Part shown: positions 35,898-49,047 of the stretch, piece by piece | How the letters are laid out: every line of letters begins with the position of its first letter | How positions within the stretch are numbered: the stretch's first letter is position 1 | Assembly (NCBI RefSeq): GCF_004010195.1 | Contig: NC_057718.1 | Span: 79,888,944-79,952,943 of the forward strand | Source: Chiloscyllium plagiosum | Lineage: Eukaryota | Length of the DNA: 64,000 bases | Reading direction: 5' to 3' | Translations under genes and position numbers: made by a program | Notes under the pieces: model-generated | What the model was told of the DNA's origin: nothing | Seen by the model: only the letters and a program-made list of their open reading frames with translations | Database searches by the model: none

Positions 35898-37978
35898 GAG
35901 TCATTGAGTCATGTTGTTATACAGCATGGAATCAGATCCATGCTGACCAGGTTTCCTAAACTAGCTAGAACCATCTGCCTGCATTTGGCCCATATCTGCA
36001 TAAAACGTTCCACTCCATCTACCTGTCCAAGGTGTGTCTTACCATGGCCAATGTGAGGAAAACCCTTTGCAGAGTCAACCCACATAAGGCTGCTGAACCA
36101 GATACTATCCCAGGCAGAGTGCTTAAAGGATGCTCTGATGTACTGGCAGATGTTCTCCCTGAGCTGTGCCATAGTTCCAATGTGCTTCACGGTCACTACC
36201 ATCATCCCTCTGCCGAAGAAGTCTTTAGCGTCCTGCCCCATTACGCTAACACCCATCATCAAGTGCTTTGAGAGGCTCATAATGAGGCATATTAAGACCC
36301 TGATGCCCTCACTGGACACCCTGCAGTTTGTGTATCAATCCAACCGCTCAACAGATGATGTAATTTCCACCACCCTCCATCTGGCCCTCACCACCTGGAG
36401 AAGAAGGACACCTACGTCAGACTGCTGTTCATAGACTTCAGTTTGGCATTAAATACCATCGTTCCTCAGCACCTGACTGGAAAGCTGAGTCTGCTGGGCC
36501 TAAATACCTCCCTGTGTAACTGGATCCTGGACTTCCTGACTGGCAGACCTCAGTCAGTCTGGATCGGGAGCAGCATCTCCAACACCATCACACTGAACAG
36601 GGGGCTGCCCAGAGATGTGTGCTCAGTCCACTGCTGTTCACCCTGCTGATACACAACTGTGTAGTGATGCACAGGTCAAACCACATCATCAAGTTCACTG
36701 AGGATATGACTGCAGTGGATCTCATCAGCAGGAACAACGAGTCAGCATACAGAGAGGAGGTGCAGCAGCTAACGGACTGGTGCAAGGCCAACAACTTATT
36801 TCTGAACGTGGACAAGATGAAGGAGATGGCTGTTGACTTCAGGAGGACACGGAGCAAACACTCTCCGCTGTACATCGATGGCTCCCCAGTGGAGATCATG
36901 AAGAGCACCAAATTTCTTAGCATACACGTAGTGGTGAATCTCACCTGGACCCTCAACACCAGCTCCGCAGCCAAGAAAGCCCAGCAGTGTCTCTACTTTC
37001 TGCATAGGCTGAGGAAAGCCCACCTCCCAACTCCTATCTTCACCACATTCAACAGAGGGTTCATTGAGAGTACCCTGAGCTGCTGCATCACTGCCTGCTT
37101 CGGGAATTGCACCATCTCGGATCATAAGACCCTACAACGGGTAGTGAGGACAGCTGAGAAGATCATCGTGGTCTCTCTTCCCTCCATTACAAACATTTAC
37201 TCCACACACTGCATCCAAAAAGGCTAAGAGCATTGTGGGAGACCCCACACACCCCTCACTCAAACTCTTCTCCCTCCTGCCATCTGGCAGAAGATACCAG
37301 AGCATTTGGTCTCTCACGGTCAGATTGTGCAACAGTTTCTTCCCCTGAGCCATCAGGTTCCTTAACACGGTATGATTGGACTCTTTCCCATCTGAAATTC
37401 TTTGCACGACTTTGAGTTGCTGCTGGAAAAATGTCTATTATTTATCATTCTTCTATTAAACTGTAATTTGCATGTTTTGCACTTCTTATGCACTTTATGA
37501 AATGTATGATTGTGTAGGTTGTGCTGTCCATGTAGCACCCTCAGTCCTGGAGGAACACTGTCTCGTATTTACTGTATCTGTTGTATATGGTAGAAATGAC
37601 AAATAAAAAGCTACTCTACTCTCCAAATGACTCTTATATGTTGTAATTGTATTCGCCTCTATCACTTCCGCTGGAAACTTGTTTCTTATGCCTCTGTGTT
37701 GAAAACGCTGCTCCTCAGATCCCTTTTAAATCTTTCCCCTCTGAGCTTAAACCTATGCCCTCCAGTTTTGGACTCCTCTACCCTGGGAAAAGACCTGGCC
37801 TATTCTATGCTGCTCATGATTTTATAAAATCTCAATAAGGTCACACCTCATCCTTCTATGCTTCAGTGAAAAAAAAAATCCCAGCCTATCCAGCTTCTCC
37901 TTATAACTCAAACGCTCCAGTCTTGGCAACTTCTTTGTAAATCTTTTTTGCACCCGTTCCAGTTTAATAACATCCTAT
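35898..37978 (-). mobile_element. HER1/CR1 3' fragment split by the Rex1 insertion (35898-36030 and 37622-37978)
   Basis: The two pieces join into a continuous CR1 3' end at TCCAA. Confidence 0.8.
36031..37621 (+). mobile_element. Rex1/Babar-clade LINE, 5'-truncated RT, inactive
   Basis: [117 protein letters not shown] at 37602, (CTACT)n tail, TCCAA TSD. Confidence 0.9.
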
Positions 37979-38087
37979 CTTTCCTTACTTTCTATTATTA
38001 GTTCTCTAGTCTCAATTTCTATTGCACCAAAACTCACTCTTATTTTAAGTATTTATAGAAACTACCAGGGCAAAATCTTGTAGATGT

Positions 38088-40066
38088 CTTAGTGATGTGG
38101 CCTATGATGGGTTTTGCAATAGAATTGCGCAAGAAATCTGGTGAGGCATATTTGGAGTATCTTGTGCCTATTTTGATATGGCAAATTTCTCGCTTGGCAG
38201 AGGCAAGTTATTAATTATGGCAAATTATTGTTTGTTAAACACCATGTTAACATCCCAACTCACCTCATTAATATTCAGCTTCCTATCTTACCAAATGTGT
38301 TAAAGCTAGATGTCGACAAATCTTAACATGCAAACCAGTGGGTACCTTGAAACATCAGTTATCCACTTGCACTGCAGAACCTCCATGTTGGACACTGGGC
38401 ACCAACATTTTAGGGCATGCTCCATGGGTACTAGCCATACGCTACCTACATCTATGGACATCCAGCCTCTTATGAATTCTTATGACACATCTCAGGTCCA
38501 CTTAGAGTCATAGAATCATAGAGATGTACAGCATGGAAACAGACCCTTCGGTCCAACCCATCCATGCCGACCAGATATCCCAACCCAATCTAGTCCCACC
38601 TGCTAGCACCCAGCCCATATCCCTCCAAACTCTTCCTATTCATATACCCATCCAAATTCCTCTTAAATGTTGCAATTGTACCAGTCTCCACCACATCCTC
38701 TGGCAGCTCATTCCATACACATACCATCCTCTCCGTGAAAAAGTTGCCCCTTAGGTCTCTTTTATATCTTTCCCCTCTCACCCTAAATCTATGCCCTCTA
38801 GTTCTGGACTCCCCGACCCCAAGGAAAAGACTTTGTCTATTACAGGATGCTTCTGCACTTCAATGCTGAACTACAGGCTGCATCAGCAACCATCATCGTA
38901 ATGCTGCAGCAAGGTCACTGTGTACTCAGGAAGACATACCCAACTCATGAGTGGGTAAAGCTGTATCATGGGGTCTTCACTAGCTGGTGTGGCACTCACT
39001 CATTCTGAGTTTACTTGGATGCTAATAACCTCCCTGCCTTGTATTTCTGCAACATGCCATGGTGCCCTTGACTCCCCCAGCCAGGCTCATGTTATTTCTG
39101 TGCTGTCTTGTCATTTCTGTGCTGCCTTGTCATTCAGCATAGACATAAAGGTAGGAAGCTTATCATAGTTGTCAGCACACCTCAGTCAAATCAAGGGGGC
39201 TGGCCTTCACTGAGGAGGTCCCACACAGCCCAGGGGTTTGGACACAGTCAGTCAGCCACTTGAAGCTATCAGGATCAGGATGCTCTCTGTTGAAAGAGTG
39301 AGGATTTCAAAGACAGGTAGCCAACCACCCATCTTAACTCTTTCTGTCCAATCAGGGATTGTTTTCATCCAAGAATGAGAGAGAGACAGAGAGAGACAGA
39401 TATTAGAGGAGATGAAAGTAAGTGTTAATTTTTATCTAGCTGGGGAAATGTCCTGAGCATGTGAGTCGGGAGTACGGACAGAATGCAGGGTTAGTGCTCT
39501 CAGAAGCTAGGATAGATGACAGCAAATGAAGAAAAATCTTGCAGGTGAGTGAGTGTGAAGTATCAGAGAAATTGCGAGACTTATGCAGGTGGACTGTATA
39601 AGGATATTAGGCATTCCCCGAATCTTAATCAGGTGGTAACCTCAGATCAGGGTTGGAATGCTCTGGTATTGTGGCCACCACTACTGGTCTGGGGTGAAGA
39701 GGATGTCCTATATTTGTATCAAGCTGTCCAGCAGAACCTCTAGGTCCCTGCCCACCAAATAGGGTGCCAATGTCCCCCTGTGTGCTATGTCCAAGGCAAG
39801 TGTCAGGAATTGTGCTTGTCAAGATGCACAATGGACTTTTAAAGATGACATGGACCTAAAGGATGCCAGATAATTCTAGCAGTGGCGAGTTGCTCTGGAA
39901 ATGGCACATAGTAACATAGGGCTGGAATTGAACGTAGGGCGGTGTAGGTACTCAATGAAAGGAGTTTGGTATGAAATGGTGAGAAAACTTGGTAGCTCTC
40001 ATGGCAAACATCCTTCCAAAAAACTCAATGCAACTCATATTTAACGTAAAATACGTAAAAGTCAGC
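38088..40066 (-). mobile_element. Harbinger-derived Myb/SANT-bearing element, same family as 19040-21618
   Basis: Minus 39790-39630 reads AHRGTLAPYLVGRDLEVLLDSLIQI*DILFTPDQ*WWPQYQSIP. Terminus GGGCAAAATCTT at 38088. Confidence 0.68.
38505..38840 (-). mobile_element. HER1/CR1 3' end, young
   Basis: ORF 38590-38781 (RGERYKRDLRGNFFTERMVCVWNELP); close match to 33122-33460. Confidence 0.92.
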
Positions 40067-40129
40067 AATCAATGTGCTTTAGAGTTCTAGCTAGCAATTC
40101 AAAATTTTCTTTTAAATTTTTTGATCATT

Positions 40130-41300
40130 TTATGATCTGGTCCATTTTTTGACCTGCAACCAATCTTTGCAAACTATATGCATTTTTAATTTAAATTTGA
40201 CATAATCTTTAACATTTCTTGTTAACTGTAGATAGTAAGTTCATTCCTTAGAATTTTTCTTACTCATAGGAATATATCTAACATAGCCCCCTTAAAAGTC
40301 TGCCACTGCAACTCTATTGACCTATTCTTAAACTAATTTGCCAAATCATTTTAGCCAGCTCTGCTTTCAAGTCCTCATAACTACCCTTACTTAGATTTTA
40401 AAAAGTAATCTTGTCTACTTCTCTCTCCCTCTAACTGAATGGAAAGCTCAATTTTATTATGGTCACTGCTACTCGGGATGCCTTCACTGTAAGATCATTA
40501 ATTAAAGCTATTACATTACACAATGTACCAGGTCTAGTTTAGCCAGTTCCTGGTTGGTTCCAGACATACTGTTCTAAGAAACTATCGTAAAAACACCTCG
40601 GACCATCTGACTTTTCTAGTTGATATATAGAATTATATCTTCCATGACTACAGTATCTGTAGTGATTATAATGAGGCCAGATAGCTGGACACCTTTTAAT
40701 ATGAGTTCCCTGATTGGGGATGTTAATCTGGTCCAGACAGGGAGCCCTGACTGACATTTAAAAAGGGCAAGTGTTAAAGATATGAGAATCTGGTGCCTGA
40801 CTCTGGATGAGGCAGTACTAAAGTGAAGGATTGTTCAAGTATAAATAATGGTCAGTTGGGGATTAGATACCAGTCTCTGTGGAGCTATTTCAGTACTTTT
40901 CTGATGAGTTCTCATGATTTCTTCCTTTAAGCTCCACCCTGCTATGTGATTACTATGAGCAGACTTGTGCTGAGCTTCCACAAGTGACTTCTTATCTTTA
41001 TAATTTCTCACCTCCACCCAAACCATTTCCACATCCTGGTTTCCTGAACTTATAGCTCCCTCTCTCTCATGTGCTAATACCATAATTAACTAACAGGGTC
41101 ACCCCTCCACTATTTCCTAGCCCCTGATCTGCCTAAGTCTCTTGTACCCTTCAGAATTCACATCCCGTAATGTCATCGCGCAGCCATGTCTCTGTAATGG
41201 CTATCAGATCATATTTATTTATTTCTATTTACACTCTCAGTTCATCTGTTTAGTTTCAAATGCTGTGTGCATTCAGATATAGAGACCATAGTTTTATCAT
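40130..41300 (-). mobile_element. Old CR1 APE-domain fragment, interrupted by a solo LTR
   Basis: YDLIAITETW.., QDVEMVWVEVRNYKDKKSLV, DSFLEQYV, SSDHNKI. Confidence 0.7.
40658..40892 (+). mobile_element. Solo LTR (235 bp)
   Basis: TGTAGT...TTTCA termini; flanks GTATC/GTACT (degenerate TSD); CTGATTGG box, TATA-like and polyA-like motifs. Removing it restores the CR1 frame (KSTVVM). Confidence 0.72.
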
Positions 41301-41667
41301 TTTATTCTTTTTGTAAATTTTGTTGGCTTACTCTGATTTGTACTCTCTGTCCTGTCCTGTCACGGCCTGTTAATGTTAGTATAAGCAGTACTCTTAGTAC
41401 TAATATCTTTCTCTTTGGTTTTAACTCCACTCTTTAATTTACCATGTTCTCAAATTTAATCCTTTGTCCCGACTATTGACTGGAGAAATAGTGTTTTGGG
41501 AGTCAAAGTCTGCATCAGCACAACAGTTGGTTATGCCCATGTGAATCATTCCCTTGACCAACCATTGTAACCAACCCCGATTGCTACTGCCCAGCCTCCC
41601 AAGCAGTAGCACAACACACCATAATTGGTGTTTTGATTCTGATATGGCTCTTCTTCAGAAGAGTTCC

Positions 41668-41803
41668 TGAGTTCTGAAAAAGGGTCATACCACACTGGAA
41701 ATGTTAACTCTGTTGCTATCTCCACACATGCTATGAAACCGGCTGTGTTTCTCCAGCATTGTGTGTTTGTTGCAGATTTCCAGCAACTGCAGTATTTGCT
41801 TTT
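41668..41803 (+). mobile_element. PLE-type terminus with decayed hammerhead
   Basis: AGTT-CTGAAAA-AGGGTCATACCACACTG-GAAA-TG-TT-AACT plus tail. Confidence 0.65.
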
Positions 41804-42664
41804 ACACCATAACTGCCAGTGCTTTTGGGTGTTTTACTTCATTGCATCACCTCATGATTGGGCTTAGAATTCAGAAGAGTTCAAAGAGAGAGAGAATTCA
41901 ACTAAAATTGGTCATACTTAAGAAAGAGACAGTCAAGCATTTTCTACCAAGCTGGTTTACTATTTAGTCAGAGCTATTGACAAAAATTCTGCTCTGCATA
42001 AATATCTCAACATTATTGAATCACAATATCTGTTAGTATGAATAGAATATACAGGTTTGGCCTGGAGGTACCATTAAGACTGCTTTTCATTCATAAAAAT
42101 CTTGTCCAATATGAAAAAATACAAAACCTTTGGTGAAACTGTGAATCCTTCAGCAAGAATTAATTAAAGCTTAAACTGCACAGCATTTATGTTGAAGCTG
42201 CAGCATATTTGTGGTAGCAGATTTTCAAACCTAGGTTCGGTTATAATATAATTAATCATTCTCAGAAGTGTGTTGTGCCATTCACAGTTGAGGAACAACA
42301 TGATTTTATATGAAATCAATTTTTTTATCAAAAATAGCTTTTGAGCTGTCCTTTCACCTCTTCAAGGGAACTCCCATAAAAGAAGTCCAAAAAGCAGATT
42401 ATTAAATATGACCTCTGTTTCTAAGATAAAATGTAATAAATTCTAGCTGGGAGAATGAGAGGAAAGCATAGGCATTAATGGAAAAGCTAAATTATTGCCT
42501 GCTTGTAATAAATTGAGTGAATCCAATTGGTGTAATTCTTCTCTTTTGAGACATGTGTTCAGCTTCACAAAGCTTGTTTTACTTTAAATTGAGACTCCTG
42601 ATAAAAGTGTACAATGCAAGCCATCATTGAGGTACAAGCAAACAGGAGAATAGATTGGACATAA

Positions 42665-42970
42665 GGGTAGCACAGTGGCTTAGTGGTTATTGCCTCACAG
42701 TGCCAGGGATCTGGGTTCGAATCCACCCTTGGGTGAATGTGTGGTGTTTGCACATTCTCCCTGTGTCTGCATGGGTTTCCTCCCACAATCCAAAAATGTG
42801 GAGGTTAGGTGAATTGGCCATACTAAATTGCCCATCGTGTTCAGGAATGTGTAGGATAGGTGCATTAGTCAGGGAAAAATCTAGAATAATGTGGTAGGGG
42901 AGTGGTTCTGTGTGGACTTGTTGGGCCAAGTGGCCTGTTTCCACACTGTGGGGTTTCTATGATTCTATGA
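42665..42970 (+). mobile_element. HE1-type SINE
   Basis: GTGGCTTAGTGGTTA..GGGTTCGAATCC, V-domain and TTCTATGA tail. Confidence 0.88.
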
Positions 42971-43359
42971 AATACAGGTGTCAGCTGAGGCTCACTGGTG
43001 GCACTGTCAGCACCACTCTTGACTGCCAAACCACTGCAGTCCTGAATGAGTGTTAAACATCACATATTGGCAAGGATATAACAAGAATAGAACACAATTA
43101 GTATCGTGACACTTAGGCACTGAGTGTGGCCAAGTATACCAAGGTTTGTCAAGGAGACACAGCATCCTTTGTGGCCACAGAGCTGAAAACACCAACATCT
43201 CAGATCATAAGAATTTAGATGATAGAGGGGAAATTGGATCAAACCTTCAGGACATTAAGGGAAAATGCAAATGAGAAAAACTATTTCTATTGACTGGTGA
43301 ATCTAGGACTTGCAACACAGTCTAATAATAAAAGTTAGTAAATACCTCTGCACACAAAA

Positions 43360-44600
43360 GTAGAAATTGGTGGCAAAACTCAGCAGGTCTGGAAGCATCT
43401 ATGTGAAGAAAGAAGACTTAATATGTTGATTCTTGTGACTCACCAGAACTAATAGCAGCTAGGAAAAAGTGGTGAAGGCGAGGTTGGGGTGAGGAGGGAT
43501 ATGGTGGAAGGGAGAGGTGAGCAATTGGTAGAGATGAAGCCCAGGCAGAGATATGAAAGGGTAAACAAGGAGATTATGGATAGCCAGGACAGAGAAAATA
43601 ACTGAATAAGCGATAATGAGAGCTGAGAGTGGGCAGAGTGTGGTCTACGCTGAAAGCAAGGCATGTAACATGATAATGGATTGGTTTTGCATATAGGACC
43701 GGGTGTGGGGATGGATAAAAAACATAGAAGGATAGAATCAGGCCCTACACTGAATGAACTCGATGTTGAGTCCCAGAGGCTCATGTTCCAGTAAGCCTCA
43801 GCCCAAGCAGAAAATGTTCTTGTTGCTTATGCTGAGGCTAACTGGAACACGACAACAGGCCTGCAACAGAAATGTTGGCATGGGAACATGGTGGAGTGTT
43901 GAAGTGGCAGGTGACTGGAAGCTCTGGCTCATTTTTACAGACAGAACGTAAGTATTCAGCAAAACAGTCACCTAGCCTGCATTTCAACTCCCCAATGTGG
44001 AGGAGATCATGTTGAGAACAACGAATGCAGTCCACTAGACAGAATGAAGTACAGGTAAATCGTTGCTTCAGCTGGAAGTTATGTGTGGGACCTTGGATGG
44101 TGAGGAGGAAGGAGATAATGGGGCAGGTATTACACATTCTGCGATTGCATGAGAAGATGCCATTAGGGGTGTGAGATGGCGTCAGGAATGGAGGAGGAGT
44201 AATCAGGTTGTCCTGGAGGGAACAGTCCCAGAGGAAGGGAAAAATGTGCCTTGTTGTGGCATCCCATTGGAGGTGACGGATATGGAGGCTAGTGGGCGGT
44301 AGGTGAGGACCAGGGGAACCCAATCACTGTTGTAGGAGGGAAAAGAATGGGTGAGGGCAGAAGTGCAGGAGATGGGCTGGTCAGAGCTCAGGACCCTATA
44401 GACCAGAATGGCCAGGAATCCTCAGTTAAGAGAAAAGGTAGATGTTTTTGAGGTCTCCCTCCTGAGAGAGAAGATTACATCATCAGGACAGATGTGACAG
44501 AGATGAAGAAACTGAGAATGGGAATAATGTTCTTATAGAGAGCATGGTGTGAGGATGTATAGTCAAGATAACTGTAGGAGTCAGTCGGTTTGCAATGGAA
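43360..44600 (-). mobile_element. Neptune-type Penelope-like element 3' part
   Basis: ORF 43838-44323: Cys linker SCNRRMCNTCP, then GIY-YIG LVDCIRCSQHDLLHIGELKCRLGDCFAEYLRSV..LPVTCHFN. Confidence 0.88.
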
Positions 44601-45569
44601 CAAACAAAATGTGGAGTCCTGTTACGACATTTTATGACCTATCCTCTCGATGAGCAACCATGCCCCAACATCTCTGGACAGCTATCATCCTAGTTTAATG
44701 CAACCTCCTTTGTACTGGCCCAACAAGAATAGCAGTTCCTACCACTGTTCCTTCTAAGCTGTATAGCTATGCAAGTGTGCGCAATGCTCTGATGCTCCAC
44801 ACATGGCAATTGACTTCAGCTGACTGAAACAATGATTCCCAGATTCAGAAATCACTGCCTCGCATGGGTGCAGCTGGTAAGTAAATTAGAAGGAATGCTG
44901 GTTTCTAGTACTCTAAATCCACACTAAAGACTACCTCAACTACTGCACACTTGTTGAGTCATGGCACAGGTTCCAGATCATTAAGGCAATCACATGACAT
45001 CATAACACATGACAACCGGTGGCCAGCGCATTGTTAGTCATTCTCTCTGTGTAATATGGTCAGTGCAGTGTGTTCAGTTAGTCAGCTCTGCATATAAGAT
45101 GTATAGAACATCAGTAAGCACAAAATCCATTGTGAGCACTGGGAATGTGGTATGAAGCTTGAACATCCTGATGGTCAGAAACTGATCAAATTGACAATAT
45201 GGCAAACTGAACTGTGACCTGGTGAACCCAAGAGTTGCTATGTTTGCAGAAATTCTCTGGACTTTGCTGTGGTTGCAGTATCCTTGATTAACTGATTTTG
45301 CAAGGAATGTGCTAACGCCTGAAAGGGGCCACCTGATTTTTGGACTGGATCCCAAGAACTAAATCAGACTACTTGTATCTGGTTAGGGCATGTGGACAAC
45401 CTTATAAGATTATTGTGCAGCTACAAAATTGGGGAGAAAAGGATATAAAGAAACTCTTTGAAGAACTCAGGGCAGCGACAACTCCAGAGACCCACCATCA
45501 CTACAAGAAGGAAAGAAGACGGTATCAAGATATGAGGCTAATCATTTAGCTTTGGAATTATATGCCCAG

Positions 45570-45927
45570 TCTCCATTGTTAAATAGACTTAAGGCTGAGA
45601 TTGACAGGCTTTTCATCTTTCAGGGAATCAAGAGATATGGGGAGTGGGCAGGAAAGTAGAATTGATGCCCAAAATCAGCCATGATTGTACTGAATGGTGG
45701 AACATGCTCGATGGGCCATTTAGTCTACTCCAGTTAGGTGGACTGGACATGCTAAATTACCCATAATGTCCAGGGATGTGAAGGCTAGGTGGACTATCCA
45801 TAGGAAATGCATGGTTACAGGAATAGGGTAGGGGAGTCGGTCTGCTAAAATGCTCCTCGGAACGTTGCTGTGGACTTGATGGGCCAAATGGCCTGCTTTC
45901 ACACTTTATGGATTCCATGATTCTATG
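45570..45927 (+). mobile_element. CR1 3' tail abutting the 3' half of an HE1 SINE
   Basis: AAGGCTGAGATTGACAGG..ATCAGCCATGATTG, then GTTAGGTGGACTGGACATGCTAAATT..TTCCATGATTCTATG. Confidence 0.75.
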
Positions 45928-46013
45928 TTCCTAAACATTGTGTTCGTGTGCAATGTAATTTGGTAGTCATGTAGTTTAATGAGTATGCATAACGTACTAA
46001 TGTGTTGAATATA

Positions 46014-46300
46014 GCAGCACGAGGGCTCAGTGGTTAATGCTGCTGCCTCACAGCGCCAGGGGTCTGGGTTCGATTCTAACCTTGGGGGAACTGTTTGTGT
46101 GGAGTTTGCACATTTTTCCCATATCTGTGTGGGTTTCCTCTGGTGCTGTGATTTGCTCCCGCAGTCCAAATATGTATGGGTTAGGTGGATTGGCCATGAG
46201 ATAGCGCACGGGGGTTATGTCAGGGCAGAATGCACTTCAGAGGGTCAGTGTGGACTCAATAGGCTGAATGGCCTTCTTCTACATTATAGAGATTCAATAC
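46014..46300 (+). mobile_element. HE1-type SINE
   Basis: GGCTCAGTGGTTAATGCTGCTGCCTCACAGCGCCAGGGGTCTGGGTTCGATTC. Confidence 0.87.
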
Positions 46301-46773
46301 TAAGATTTTCTATGAAACATATGTACCAGATGCTTGTCAGAAACCATGAACCATCTTTGTCTGCTGTCAACATTTTTCCCAACTTCTATCTTGCCATCAA
46401 GAAATTGATATTTTGCCTCCCTCATAACTAAATGCACCTGTCTGCCGTGTTCTCAGCTCTTGAGAGCTTCCCTGGATTTATCCCAAAAGGTGGAAGGAAT
46501 TTGGAACCCTCTTCCAAAAACTGCAATTGATCAAAGATCAACTGTTAATCTTAAATAGGAAGTAAATGGATTTTTGTGATCTAAAGGTACTAAAGAATAA
46601 TAGGAAAAGACAAATCTATGATTTTAGTTCTCAGATCAGCCATGATCTAACTGAAAGACAAAACAAGTTCAAGGGCAAAAATGGTCTACTCTTGCCTTCA
46701 CATTCTTCTTGATTCAATAATATTTTTAAAATAATTAAAATTGAACCCACCTTTAAGACTGCGTTCACATGTA

Positions 46774-46920
46774 GAAATATGCCATCCTTTCCTAATATGG
46801 CCTACATGTGACTCCAGACCCACAGCAATGTGGTTGACTCATAAGTCTGCCCTGGGCAATTAGGGTGAGATAATAACTGCTGGCCAGTCGTGGGCATCCA
46901 TATCTCATGAACAAATAAAA
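46774..46920 (+). mobile_element. Bipartite non-autonomous derivative of the tRNA-headed LINE (5' UTR joined to 3' tail)
   Basis: First part matches the reverse complement of 2876-2945; second part matches 11298-11365. Junction TGCCCTGGGCAAT. Confidence 0.78.
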
Positions 46921-47129
46921 GGAAACCAGAAGGGAATAATCCTGTGAATTTAGAGCAGTCCAATTACATAGAGGGGGTTTAATAGGCATTTGCCCCATAT
47001 TACCAAATGTAAGGCATACCTGTGTTATCTCGCAACCTGACCCAATTTTAGGTGTCCATGGTTTCAGGTTTAGTTTAGCGTAGCTGGAATTTTTTCCCTA
47101 CTCACTCCACAATCTGAATGCATGCAATA

Positions 47130-48548
47130 TTTGCAATGTAGTTCATCATTTGAAGGTATAAATTAAGGTAAAGTGTACAATTTAATTGCCATTACACAGA
47201 TGTGGCGACAGGCTGAGTGAGATTTGGAACTAAATATCGAAGAATATTTGTCAGTTAGGAGTGAGAAGCAAAAAAGGAAAAGGAGGTGGAGCAGTACTCT
47301 TAATAAGGGGTGAGATCAGTTCATTACTGAGAAAAGGTCTTAGATTAAAAGCTCAAAATGTATAATCAGTTTGCGTAGAACCAAGAAACAGCAAAGGACA
47401 ACAAATATTGGTTTAAGTTGTTTATAAGTCACCAAACAATAGTGATAATTTCAGGCACAGTGTAAATCAGGAAATCAGAGTTGCATGTAATGTGGGAAAA
47501 ACAATGATAGTGGGTGAGTTCAATTTACTTTTAGACAGTATAACTGGAGAAACCTAATCAGCACTGAGGCACTAGAGGATGAATTCCTGGAGTAATTTAT
47601 GAATAGGTTTCTGGAGCAGTTTGTTGAAGAAAATAACAGTGAAAACGTTACTTTAGATTTAAAGAGAAAGGGATAATTTATAGCCTTGCTGGCAAGAGAT
47701 TTTTGGAATTAGTTACCATAATGTGATAAAATTTTGCATTACATTTGAATATGTATAAAACCATGGTCTTCAATTAGAATAAGGGAAACTATGAAAGTAT
47801 GAGGAACAAGTTAGCTATGGTAGTTTGAGTTATTACAGTGGTAAACAGGCACTGGATGGTATTTAAACGGATACTACATTGTCTACAATAGGTACACATT
47901 TCTCTAAGGCACCAACACCAAATGGGAGAGATAACTCAAACATGGCTCATAAAAGGAAGTAAAGATTACATTGAATCAAGTGAAGTGTGTTGTGCGGTTG
48001 CCAGAAAATGTGGTAAAGCTGAGGTTAGGGAGCAATTTAGTATCCAGCAAAGCAGGTCCAAGAAACTGATAAAGGAAAAAGTCAAGAGAATATGAATGCC
48101 ACTATGTGAAACATAAGTCAGACATAAAAGTTTTTGTTTGTGTATAAGAAACAGAAAAGGTTAGCCAGGATAAATCTGTTTCCATTACAATTAGAGACAA
48201 GAGAATTCATATTAGAGAATTGGAAATAACAGGGAAACTAAATTTCTTTGTGCCTGTCTTCAGCAGAAGAATAAAAAAAATTGCAGAAATATTAAGCAAT
48301 CAAAGAAGTTGTGAAACTGAGGAGCTATCAGAAATTAATATCAGTAAGGCCATAGTATTTGAAAAGTTAATTAGGGGATTGAAGGAGGTAGCCGTAGAGT
48401 TATATATTTTGGAAAGGTTCTTGCAGACTGGAAAGTAGCAAGTGTAACCCTTCTATTTAAGAAGGGAGGGAGAGAGAATGGAGAACTAAAGTTTGATGTC
48501 AGGAGTAGGGAAGATGCTAAAATTGATTACAAATGATGTGATAACTGG
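47130..48548 (+). mobile_element. Old CR1 ORF2 fragment (APE to RT start)
   Basis: YNLIAIT.., KGGGAVLLI, VVYKSPN, IVGEFN, FLEQFVE, DWKVASVTLLFKKG. Confidence 0.78.
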
Positions 48549-49047
48549 CCAGGTGACTTTTAAGTCCACCAAAGAAAACTGATGAAAGCGCAGCTTAATA
48601 TCTCGTCTGAAAGATTATTGTGTCCCCTGTAACTGTATAAGCTATGCAGACAATTCTCTTTTCAACAGTGAGTATGGATTTACTGGGAAAATCAAGGCTC
48701 CAACATTTCATCCCATCCACCCATCTCAACATTTTAAAAACAGAGTGTTGTCTTGTTTTCTTAATGTGAATAAAAGCATTCAAATGTATTTGCAGTTGGC
48801 CTGATGGTAATTTGATGAGATGAAAAGTTGTCTTTCCCTCAACTAACTCTCTTAGCATTCTGTGGAAAATCAAACTGGTGTGAAATGGCTTTCTGAAGGG
48901 AACCTAACACCTCAGGGTTTTAGTGTGCTGATTTACGTTGTCATTTTCAGGTTGATGTGCATCCAAAAATGCTATGATAAATATCTCCTCACTGTCATTA
49001 GACATCTCAATGATAGCTTATAAATAGATGATATCACAGAGGATTCA

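Noticed and set aside
36619..37227. 202-aa ORF as a host gene
   Set aside because: It is the Rex1 RT C-terminal half, with upstream frameshifts and a mutated catalytic motif.
45070..45550. Coding-looking stretch (..WGEKDIKKLFEELR..)
   Set aside because: No recognisable domain or splice context, and stops upstream; possibly an old TE but unassignable by eye.
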